A stretch of 16,039 nucleotides of DNA from a virus. Taxonomy: Duplodnaviria > Heunggongvirae > Uroviricota > Caudoviricetes. The position numbers were made by a program, and so were the translations under genes. The stretch is from the IMG/VR virus record IMGVR_UViG_2681813230_000004; one strand, written 5' to 3'. A model generated the notes under the pieces. The model searched no databases and was not told where the DNA came from. It was given only the letters and a program-made list of their open reading frames with translations. Shown here one piece after another: positions 7,564 through 14,743 of the stretch (position 1 is its first letter; each line of letters starts with the position of its first letter).

Positions 7564-7982
7564 TGCGCCACGTCCTGAAAATTACCCTGATAGAAAGCCA
7601 GTATGCGCTGCATAACTTCGCTCTTCCGGCACTCGCGACAGATTATGTTTAGGCGACTGTCGTAGCGACGTATTTCTCCGTCAGGTGATGACCAGATAAG
7701 GTCCGGATCAACCACAGCAGGTTTCTTCACCTTTGCCCTCGAGAGTTTTTTGCGGGCGTTTTGCCAGTCCTTACGCGCCTGTTCAGAGGGGAATAACCCG
7801 TAGCCGGAGTTGTATACATCGCCACTGGCTACCAGCTCTCTGGCAAGAACGCTCATCAGATATCTAGTCGCACCTGTTTTAGCTTCCAGTTGCCGTAACG
7901 TCTCACGGCCGCTCTGGCGCACGAGTTCCACCACCTGCCATTTAATTTTTTCCCGCTCTTCTTGTGTAAAAACTTTTGCCAC
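7560..7982 (-). CDS. hypothetical phage protein (140 aa), possible winged-helix segment
   Basis: ORF directly downstream of the replication gene on the same strand. Its stop overlaps the MTase-like ORF start by 2 nt. No family recognised. Confidence 0.45.
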   Translation of the reverse strand: MAKVFTQEEREKIKWQVVELVRQSGRETLRQLEAKTGATRYLMSVLARELVASGDVYNSGYGLFPSEQARKDWQNARKKLSRAKVKKPAVVDPDLIWSSPDGEIRRYDSRLNIICRECRKSEVMQRILAFYQGNFQDVAQ

Positions 7983-8022
7983 AAGTCCCCCTTAAAATTA
8001 CCTCATGACCTGAAATCAACAC

Positions 8023-8988
8023 TTATCCTCTGAAACCAGGCGGAATTTCTGTATCCGGTTCAGAAATATGATTAACACAACGCTGTACAGGTGAACGTCC
8101 CAGGCGGATGACCAGTTCGTCCCATTTTTCGCGGAGCTTTGACGGGCTCATGATGTTTTTTACCCAGAATGAATCTCGCTGAACCCGACCAAACATTTCG
8201 CAAATTTGTCTGTGGCTTCTGCCATCCAGCATCCGCATTGTGCGCACGTCATTGGCCCAGGCAGTCCAGTTAGGCTCTTTTGGTCGCATGATCTCGCCAT
8301 CATCACTGGCTGCCTGTTCGTAGAGACCCACGATCCGCCCCCAGATCCACTGCGCACACGCCAAATCCTCCCTGCTACCCCACTGGCGTTTTTTCGCACT
8401 AAACACAACCGCGTCGGAGTTCCGGGTTAAAAAATCCTGTTCAGTCGTCTGCGGGTCCGGTTGCGAAGCTTCCGGACGAAAAGTGTTTTTATTCTCTGTA
8501 GTAATCTCTGTTGTATTCTCTGTAAGATCATCAGGCCATTTTGACCCGATGACATTGGGTCGTTTTGAATCAATGGAGCGTTTCATTTTGACCTCTTCCA
8601 TCGTGTCATTTTGACCTGATGGAGCGGCGCATTTTGAACCGATGGATTCGCTCAATTTGCCACCATCTAAAAGCTCGCTCCCATAGTTGATCGTGTAGAA
8701 ATTGGTCATATCGCGCTTTGATTTATTGAGCTTTTCACAACGCAAAAGCCCCAGCGTTTTCAGACTTGCAAACGCGCGCTTTAACGTTGACTCTGACCAG
8801 AATGGGAACTGTTCCAGCCATTGTTCCGTTGTGTTATAAATCCAGCGAACACCATCACATTCCATGCCGGAGTTGGTATCTCTCAACCAGTAGTGCAGTT
8901 GTTGCAAAACAATGGCTTCGTTTAAGCCAATTTTCATTGCCAGCTGCGTGTTTATAACCAGTGGGCGTTCAGCAAAAAGAAGGCTCAT
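8023..8988 (-). CDS. phage replication initiation protein (lambda O-like, iteron-binding)
   Basis: ORF of about 321 aa from ATG 8988 (the ORF track extends it to 9042). The N-terminal region is HTH-like (MKIGLNEAIVLQQLHYWL). The central low-complexity linker is encoded by iterons. Function assigned by analogy to lambda O gene organisation. Confidence 0.65.
   Translation of the reverse strand: MSLLFAERPLVINTQLAMKIGLNEAIVLQQLHYWLRDTNSGMECDGVRWIYNTTEQWLEQFPFWSESTLKRAFASLKTLGLLRCEKLNKSKRDMTNFYTINYGSELLDGGKLSESIGSKCAAPSGQNDTMEEVKMKRSIDSKRPNVIGSKWPDDLTENTTEITTENKNTFRPEASQPDPQTTEQDFLTRNSDAVVFSAKKRQWGSREDLACAQWIWGRIVGLYEQAASDDGEIMRPKEPNWTAWANDVRTMRMLDGRSHRQICEMFGRVQRDSFWVKNIMSPSKLREKWDELVIRLGRSPVQRCVNHISEPDTEIPPGFRG
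8537..8647. repeat. replication-origin iterons inside the replication gene
   Basis: Five copies of CATTTTGAC-like 15-20-bp units start at 8537, 8561 (CGTTTTGAA), 8584, 8607 and 8630, with 23-24 bp spacing. A TCTCTGTA triplet repeat lies at 8498..8528 and an AT-rich segment follows at about 8650..8740. Confidence 0.6.
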
Positions 8989-9490
8989 AATTCCATCCAG
9001 CTTTTTGTTGGTATTGCTGTCGATACGCAAGCTTGAAAGCAATTGCTTTTTCTATAAGTTCGTCAGTTTCACGATCCACTACGGCAGGATCAGCAAAAAG
9101 CAGTCCGGACTCCACCACATCGCCATATTCTTTGTTTAACCCGGCGATCATGCACGTGATGCTTTTTCCGTCAGTAATTTCACGATACAACCTGAAATCA
9201 CTAATCCGGATAGCCTCCATAATCGCAGGCACTAGCGCCGTGAACTTTTCACGCTTATCCCTGGTGTCGATAGCCTTCCAGCGTTCGAATATCTTCACTC
9301 GATTAACACCAAGCGCTCGCTGATCAACCGCGCCACCTTCATCTGTGACACGCTGAACATCGATGTTCGGGCGCTCTTTCAAAGCCCAGAATGCTTCAGT
9401 GATTAATATCGTCGCCTGCTCCTGTGTCATTCCTGGTCGACATATCCAGGCATCCAGAGCCTCACGAGCCTGTTCAGGAGTGATTTTCAT
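8969..9490 (-). CDS. hypothetical phage early protein (173 aa), in the cII/YdaT position
   Basis: ORF immediately downstream of the dicC-like gene and upstream of the replication gene, same strand. No motif recognised. Confidence 0.45.
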   Translation of the reverse strand: MKITPEQAREALDAWICRPGMTQEQATILITEAFWALKERPNIDVQRVTDEGGAVDQRALGVNRVKIFERWKAIDTRDKREKFTALVPAIMEAIRISDFRLYREITDGKSITCMIAGLNKEYGDVVESGLLFADPAVVDRETDELIEKAIAFKLAYRQQYQQKAGWNYEPSFC

Positions 9491-9701
9491 TGTTCAACCG
9501 CCCCGCCCGCTTCGTCTTACGATATTCATCATAAACTTTGGGATCATACTGAAGCTCCCCGCCAGATGCCTCCTGTAGACGCATCGCGCGACCTTCAGGA
9601 ACCAGTATCCCCCAAGCAGCAACACTTGCCAGCCTCACTCCTGCGGCATTGGCAAGCTTTGTTTTGCTGCCAAAAAAAGTAATTGCGTCAACTTTAAGCA
9701 T
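9474..9701 (-). CDS. dicC: DicC-like Cro-type regulator
   Basis: Small ORF divergent from dicA. The C-terminal sequence ...VPEGRAMRLQEASGGELQYDPKVYDEYRK... resembles DicC/YdaS-type Cro proteins. ATG at 9701 is preceded by GAGGGGG; the ORF-track start at 9704 is a TTG. Confidence 0.7.
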   Translation of the reverse strand: MLKVDAITFFGSKTKLANAAGVRLASVAAWGILVPEGRAMRLQEASGGELQYDPKVYDEYRKTKRAGRLNNENHS

Positions 9702-9714
9702 CAAATCCCCCTCT

Positions 9715-9732
9715 TGTTAGACTTTTCTAACA
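9715..9732. promoter_or_regulatory. operator, perfect 18-bp dyad TGTTAGACTTTTCTAACA, in the dicC-dicA intergenic region
   Basis: Perfect palindrome overlapping the dicC ribosome-binding region. A related half-site, TTAGAATTACCTAAC, lies at 9766..9780 just upstream of the dicA ATG. Confidence 0.55.
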
Positions 9733-9781
9733 TTATTGTGCGCGGGATACCTAAGTCAAGAAAAATTAGAATTACCTAACT

Positions 9782-10189
9782 ATGGATACAAGAACCCTGG
9801 GCCAGCGAGTTCTGGCGCGACGAAAAGAATTACGCTTAACACAACGAGAAGCCGCGCGCCTCGCTGGAGTTGCTCACGTCACAATTTCACAATGGGAAAG
9901 AGACGAAACCCAGCCAGTCGGAAAACGATTGTTTGCTTTAGCGGATGCTCTGAAGTGCTCACCTACATGGCTAATGTTTGGTGACGAAGACAAGGCACCA
10001 GTGCCTGCACAAGAACTTCATGTGGAAACAGAGCTAACTCCCAACCACAAAGAATTGATCGAATTATTCGATGCTCTTCCATCTTCCGAGCAGGAAGCCT
10101 TGCTGTCTGAAATGCGCGCAAGAGTAGAAAACTTCAACAAACTCTTCGAAGAAATGCTTAAAGCGCGTAAAAATAAATCAATAAAATAA
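9782..10189 (+). CDS. dicA: DicA-family repressor (HTH_XRE, 135 aa)
   Basis: The segment LTQREAARLAGVAHVTISQWER is an XRE-type HTH. Length, divergent arrangement with dicC, and position upstream of ydfA match DicA. Confidence 0.8.
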   Translation: MDTRTLGQRVLARRKELRLTQREAARLAGVAHVTISQWERDETQPVGKRLFALADALKCSPTWLMFGDEDKAPVPAQELHVETELTPNHKELIELFDALPSSEQEALLSEMRARVENFNKLFEEMLKARKNKSIK

Positions 10190-10225
10190 CATTCTTTTCA
10201 AGTGATTAGTTGCGCCCACCCTTTT

Positions 10226-10279
10226 TGTTAGATCAATCTAACAAAAAACACTTGCCTCTCATGTTAGGTTATTCTAAAT
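10226..10279. promoter_or_regulatory. two further operators of the same family in the dicB-operon promoter region
   Basis: TGTTAGATCAATCTAACA (10226..10243, perfect dyad) and TGTTAGGTTATTCTAAAT (10262..10279, imperfect), between the dicA stop and ydfA. Confidence 0.5.
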
Positions 10280-10357
10280 TATTTTCCATCAAGACACCGC
10301 ACGGTGTTCTCAGCAAACAGTTCCGCTACCCCGGCGTTAAGGGGAAATGAGGTCAGC

Positions 10358-10513
10358 ATGGATACTATCGATCTTGGCAACAACGAATCTCTGGTGTACG
10401 GCGTGTTTCCAAACCAGGACGGCACGTTCACCGCAATGACGTATACCAAAAGCAAAACGTTTAAAACCGAATCTGGAGCGCGTCGCTGGCTGGAAAGAAA
10501 TTCAGGTGGGTGA
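10358..10513 (+). CDS. ydfA: YdfA (51 aa)
   Basis: MDTIDLGNNESLVYGVFPNQDGTFTAMTYTKSKTFKTESGARRWLERNSGG from the internal ATG at 10358, which has GAGGT upstream. The ORF track lists a longer upstream start. Confidence 0.8.
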   Translation: MDTIDLGNNESLVYGVFPNQDGTFTAMTYTKSKTFKTESGARRWLERNSGG

Positions 10514-10514
10514 T

Positions 10515-10643
10515 ATGGATTTCGACACAATCATGGAAAAGGCTTACGAAGAATACTTCGAAGGCCTTGCCGAAGGCGAAGAAGCTCTCAGCTTCAGCGA
10601 ATTTAAACAGGCGCTTTCCAGTTCGGCAAAATCTAACGGCTGA
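10515..10643 (+). CDS. ydfB: YdfB (42 aa)
   Basis: Hand translation MDFDTIMEKAYEEYFEGLAEGEEALSFSEFKQALSSSAKSNG. It starts 1 nt after the ydfA stop and is below the ORF-track cut-off. Confidence 0.7.
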   Translation: MDFDTIMEKAYEEYFEGLAEGEEALSFSEFKQALSSSAKSNG

Positions 10644-10672
10644 TAAGCGAAACAGCACCGCAAGGAATCAGT

Positions 10673-10891
10673 ATGCAGAAACGAGAACCCGTTATCATCG
10701 CGCCAGACTATACCGATGATGAACTTTATGAGTGGATGCACCAGAAAATTAATGCAGCGCAGGATCTGAAATGGGCTAATGAAGCCAGGGCTAAGCAGGC
10801 TGAAAATCTGTTCTCTCTGGAGCAGGATATCACCAATCTGGAAAAAGCAGCGGCATTAAGCATTGCCAGAATGATTACATACCCGCGTTAA
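10673..10891 (+). CDS. ydfC: YdfC (72 aa)
   Basis: Translation MQKREPVIIAPDYTDDELYEWMHQKINAAQDLKWANEARAKQ... matches YdfC. Confidence 0.8.
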   Translation: MQKREPVIIAPDYTDDELYEWMHQKINAAQDLKWANEARAKQAENLFSLEQDITNLEKAAALSIARMITYPR

Positions 10892-11231
10892 TAGCTAACC
10901 AACGAAGCTAAGGTTGGTAATTAAGGAGTTCTCCACGGGTGAGGTGGAGTGCGTGCGCCGGACACGGGTGAGCATCCGGCACTGACAGTTTACTGAAAGG
11001 ATATTTCCCTGAAAAGTCAGACCATAACGCGAAAGCGCACGGCGAGGTAGCTGGTTCATAGATAGCCTGTCGTTAAATTTTCGTCGACCGTGCGCTTCCG
11101 GTTGTGGCAACCCGCGAAATGGCGCGGCGGTAAGTATGGCGGGGTTATTCCTTCCCCGTTGAGGACACCGGGTTGTCAGGTTGACCATACGCTTAAGTGA
11201 CAACCCCGCTGCAACGCCCTCTGTTATCAAT

Positions 11232-11289
11232 TTTCTGGTGACGTTTGGCGGTATCAGTTTTACTCCGTGACTGCTCTGCCGCCCTTTTT
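11232..11289 (+). ncRNA. dicF: DicF small regulatory RNA (ftsZ-targeting sRNA)
   Basis: TTTCTGGTGACGTTTGGCGGTATCAGTTTTACTCCGTGACTGCTCTGCCGCCC followed by TTTTT matches the DicF sequence from memory, in the expected position between ydfC and dicB. Confidence 0.8.
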
Positions 11290-11458
11290 AAAGTGAATTT
11301 TGTGATGTGGTGAATGCGGCTGAGCGCACGCGGAACAGTTAAAACCAAAAACAGTGTTATGGGTGGATTCTCTGTATCCGGCGTTAATTGTTAACTGGTT
11401 AACGTCACCTGGAGGCACCAGGCACCGCATCACAAAACTCATTGTTGAGGGCGCGATA

Positions 11459-11647
11459 ATGAAAACGTTATTACCAAACGTTAATACGTCTGAAGGTTGT
11501 TTTGAAATTGGTGTCACTATCAGTAACCCTGTATTTACTGAAGATGCCATTAACAAGAGAAAACAAGAACGGGAGCTATTAAATAAAATATGCATTGTTT
11601 CAATGCTGGCTCGTTTACGTCTGATGCCAAAAGGATGTGCACAATGA
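11459..11647 (+). CDS. dicB: DicB cell-division inhibitor (62 aa)
   Basis: MKTLLPNVNTSEGCFEIGVTISNPVFTEDAINKRKQERELLNKICIVSMLARLRLMPKGCAQ from the internal ATG at 11459. Confidence 0.85.
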   Translation: MKTLLPNVNTSEGCFEIGVTISNPVFTEDAINKRKQERELLNKICIVSMLARLRLMPKGCAQ

Positions 11648-11835
11648 ATTCAGCATTTGCGCTTGTTCTGACAGTTTTTCTTGTTTCCGGAGTGCCAGTT
11701 GATATTGCAGTCAGTGTTCACAGGACAATGCAGGAGTGTATGACTGCAGCAACCGAACAGAAAATTCCCGGTAACTGTTACCCGGTCGATAAAGTTATTC
11801 ACCAGGATAATATCGAAATCCCGGCAGGTCTTTAA
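11644..11835 (+). CDS. ydfD: YdfD (63 aa)
   Basis: MNSAFALVLTVFLVSGVPVDIAVSVHRTMQECMTAATEQKIPGNCYPVDKVIHQDNIEIPAGL. Its start overlaps the dicB stop (ATGA). Confidence 0.8.
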   Translation: MNSAFALVLTVFLVSGVPVDIAVSVHRTMQECMTAATEQKIPGNCYPVDKVIHQDNIEIPAGL

Positions 11836-11928
11836 AACAGTTCCGTAATAAATATCCGGTTTCATTCTTATATGCCAGCAATGGCAGGGATTTGTTCATC
11901 CTTAAATCTGTCATGAGGTTAAAACAAA

Positions 11929-14400
11929 ATGAGTAAAGTCTTTATTTGCGCCGCTATTCCTGACGAACTGGCAACAAGGGAAGAAGGCGCTGTGGCTGTA
12001 GCCACAGCCATTGAAGCTGGCGACGAACGCCGTGCTCGAGCAAAATTTCACTGGCAATTCCTGGAACATTATCCGGCTGCTCAGGACTGCGCTTATAAAT
12101 TTATTGTCTGCGAGGATAAACCTGGTATACCCCGCCCTGCCCTCGATTCATGGGATGCTGAATATATGCAGGAAAACCGCTGGGATGAGGAGTCTGCTTC
12201 TTTTGTCCCGGTTGAGACTGAATCCGATCCGATGAACGTCACTTTTGACAAGCTGGCCCCTGAAGTACAGAACGCTGTCATGGTTAAGTTCGACACATGT
12301 GAAAACATCACCGTTGATATGGTTATTAGCGCACAGGAATTGTTGCAGGAAGACATGGCAACATTCAACGGACATATCGTTGAAGCGTTGATGAAAATGC
12401 CAGAAGTTAACGCCATGTATCCGGAGCTTAAGTTGCACGCCATTGGGTGGGTTAAGCATAAATGTATTCCTGGTGCTAAATGGCCCGAAATTCAGGCAGA
12501 GATGCGCATCTGGAAAAAACGTCGCGAAGGTGAACGCAAGGAAACCGGAAAATACACGTCTGTTGTTGATCTCGCCCGCGCCAGAGCCAATCAACAGTAC
12601 ACTGAAAATTCAACAGGAAAAATCAGCCCGGTCATTGCTGCCATTCATCGCGAATACAAGCAGACATGGAAAACACTGGATGACGAACTGGCCTACGCTC
12701 TCTGGCCTGGTGATGTGGATGCCGGAAACATTGACGGCAGCATCCATCGCTGGGCAAAAAATGAAGTTATCGACAACGACCGCGAAGACTGGAAGCGTAT
12801 CTCGGCATCAATACGCAAACAGCCTGATGCCCTTCGCTACGACCGCCAAACTATTTTTGGCCTTGTCCGTGAGCGTCCGATCGACATTCACAAAGATCCC
12901 GTAGCACTGAACAAATATATCTGCGAATACCTGACGACAAAGGGCGTGTTTGAGAATGAAGAAACAGACCTGGGCACTGTTGATGTTCTCAAGTCATCAG
13001 AAACACAAACTGATGCAGTGGAAACTGAGGTATCTGATATCCCAAAAAATGAAACCGCACCGGAAGCTGAACCATCTGTAGAGCGTGAGGGGCCGTTCTA
13101 TTTCCTCTTCGCAGATAAGGACGGAGAAAAATACGGTCGCGCAAACAAACTTTCTGGTCTGGATAAGGCACTGGCTGCTGGCGCCACTGAAATCACAAAA
13201 GAAGAATATTTTGCCCGAAAAAATGGCACATACACGGGCTTACCGCAAAATGTAGATACCGCTGAAGATTCAGAACAACCAGAGCCGATAAAAGTTACCG
13301 CTGACGAAGTAAACAAAATTATGCAGGCAGCCAATATCAGCCAGCCTGACGCCGATAAGTTGCTTGCTGCATCACGTGGTGAATTTGTTGAAGGGATTAG
13401 TGACCCGAATGATCCGAAATGGGTTAAGGGGATCCAGACCCGCGATTCTGTGAACCAGAACCAGCATGAATCGGAACGGAACTACCAAAAAGCGGAACAA
13501 AACAGCCCAAATGCGTTACAAAACGAGCCAGAAACGAAACAGCCTGAATCAGTGGCGCAACAGGAAGTGGAAAAAGTCTGCACCGCCTGCGGTCAGACCG
13601 GCGGCGGCAACTGCCCTGATTGTGGCGCGGTGATGGGCGACGCAACATACCAAGAAACATTCGATGAAGAGTATCAGGTTGAAGTTCAGGAAGATGATCC
13701 GGAGGAAATGGAAGGCGCTGAACATCCACACAAGGAGAACGCTGGCGGCAATCAGCATCACGATAGCGATAATGAAACTGGCGAGACGGCAGATCACTCA
13801 ATTAAGGTGAACGGTCATCACGAAATCACATCCACCAGCAGGACGTGTGACCATCTAATGATCGACCTTGAAACCATGGGAAAAAATCCTGATGCCCCGA
13901 TCATCTCAATAGGTGCAATATTTTTCGATCCGCAAACCGGAGATATGGGACCGGAATTTAGTAAGACTATCGATCTGGAAACTGCTGGCGGAGTCATTGA
14001 TCGGGACACCATTAAATGGTGGCTTAAGCAATCACGCGAAGCGCAATCGGCCATTATGACCGATGAAATCCCGTTAGATGATGCACTGTTACAATTGCGG
14101 GAATTTATCGACGAAAACTCCGGTGAATTTTTTGTTCAGGTTTGGGGAAATGGAGCCAACTTCGACAACACGATTTTGCGCCGTTCATACGAACGGCAGG
14201 GGATCCCCTGCCCGTGGCGTTACTACAACGATCGCGATGTACGCACAATCGTTGAGCTGGGGAAAGCCATAGACTTCGATGCCAGAACGGCTATTCCATT
14301 CGAAGGTGAGCGCCATAATGCACTTGATGACGCCCGTTACCAGGCAAAATACGTTTCAGTTATCTGGCAAAAACTGATCCCGAGTCAGGCTGATTCTTAA
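11929..14400 (+). CDS. prophage exonuclease (823 aa) with C-terminal DEDDh 3'-5' exonuclease domain; full-length counterpart of the K-12 ydfE fragment by position
   Basis: The C-terminal 180 aa carry the DEDDh motifs: MIDLETMG (D646, E648), WGNGANFDNTIL, and HNALDDARYQ (H796, D801). A CxxC...CxxC cluster sits at about residues 551-563. The central segment DADKLLAASRGEFVEGISDPNDPKWVKGIQTRD resembles RecE (exonuclease VIII) as I recall it. Confidence 0.75.
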   Translation: MSKVFICAAIPDELATREEGAVAVATAIEAGDERRARAKFHWQFLEHYPAAQDCAYKFIVCEDKPGIPRPALDSWDAEYMQENRWDEESASFVPVETESDPMNVTFDKLAPEVQNAVMVKFDTCENITVDMVISAQELLQEDMATFNGHIVEALMKMPEVNAMYPELKLHAIGWVKHKCIPGAKWPEIQAEMRIWKKRREGERKETGKYTSVVDLARARANQQYTENSTGKISPVIAAIHREYKQTWKTLDDELAYALWPGDVDAGNIDGSIHRWAKNEVIDNDREDWKRISASIRKQPDALRYDRQTIFGLVRERPIDIHKDPVALNKYICEYLTTKGVFENEETDLGTVDVLKSSETQTDAVETEVSDIPKNETAPEAEPSVEREGPFYFLFADKDGEKYGRANKLSGLDKALAAGATEITKEEYFARKNGTYTGLPQNVDTAEDSEQPEPIKVTADEVNKIMQAANISQPDADKLLAASRGEFVEGISDPNDPKWVKGIQTRDSVNQNQHESERNYQKAEQNSPNALQNEPETKQPESVAQQEVEKVCTACGQTGGGNCPDCGAVMGDATYQETFDEEYQVEVQEDDPEEMEGAEHPHKENAGGNQHHDSDNETGETADHSIKVNGHHEITSTSRTCDHLMIDLETMGKNPDAPIISIGAIFFDPQTGDMGPEFSKTIDLETAGGVIDRDTIKWWLKQSREAQSAIMTDEIPLDDALLQLREFIDENSGEFFVQVWGNGANFDNTILRRSYERQGIPCPWRYYNDRDVRTIVELGKAIDFDARTAIPFEGERHNALDDARYQAKYVSVIWQKLIPSQADS

Positions 14401-14472
14401 TGTTCAACTGTCGCCGGTTGTGACTGGTATTCTGCAACCGGCGCTCGTCTGATGTAAGAGATAAAGAAATCG

Positions 14473-14724
14473 ATGAGCGAAGTAATCATGATTGTCTCTC
14501 CCGGCAAATGGGTATCCGAAGAGCAGTTAATTGCGCTGAAAGGAATAAAAAAAGGTACGTTAAAAAAGGCCCGGGAAAAATCGTTTATGGAAGGAAGGGA
14601 ATATAAGCATGTCGCTCATGACGGTATGCCATGGGATAACAGTCCATGCTTTTACAACCTGGAAGAAATTGATCGCTGGATTGAGCGCCAGGCATCAGCA
14701 AGACCAAGACGTCATCTTACTTGA
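14473..14724 (+). CDS. xis: excisionase (Xis-like)
   Basis: Small ORF immediately upstream of int. It shares a W...GREY-type motif (WVSEEQL...MEGREYKHVA) with lambda Xis (W...VKDGREY). The start could instead be ATG 14488. Confidence 0.6.
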   Translation: MSEVIMIVSPGKWVSEEQLIALKGIKKGTLKKAREKSFMEGREYKHVAHDGMPWDNSPCFYNLEEIDRWIERQASARPRRHLT

Positions 14725-14743
14725 CTAAAAGCCACACTAACTA

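Noticed and set aside
10895-11230. 111-aa minus-strand ORF between ydfC and dicF
   Set aside because: It is antisense to the dicB-operon transcript and sits in the DicF precursor region, with no ribosome-binding site noticed.
12011-13801. Several ORFs (both strands, 60-153 aa) inside the exonuclease gene
   Set aside because: All are contained in or antisense to the 823-aa ORF, which has clear domain signatures.
14401-14472. Hairpin CGCCGGTTG-N14-CAACCGGCG between the exonuclease gene and xis, as a terminator
   Set aside because: No T-tract follows. It could be a structural or regulatory element, but there is no evidence for function.
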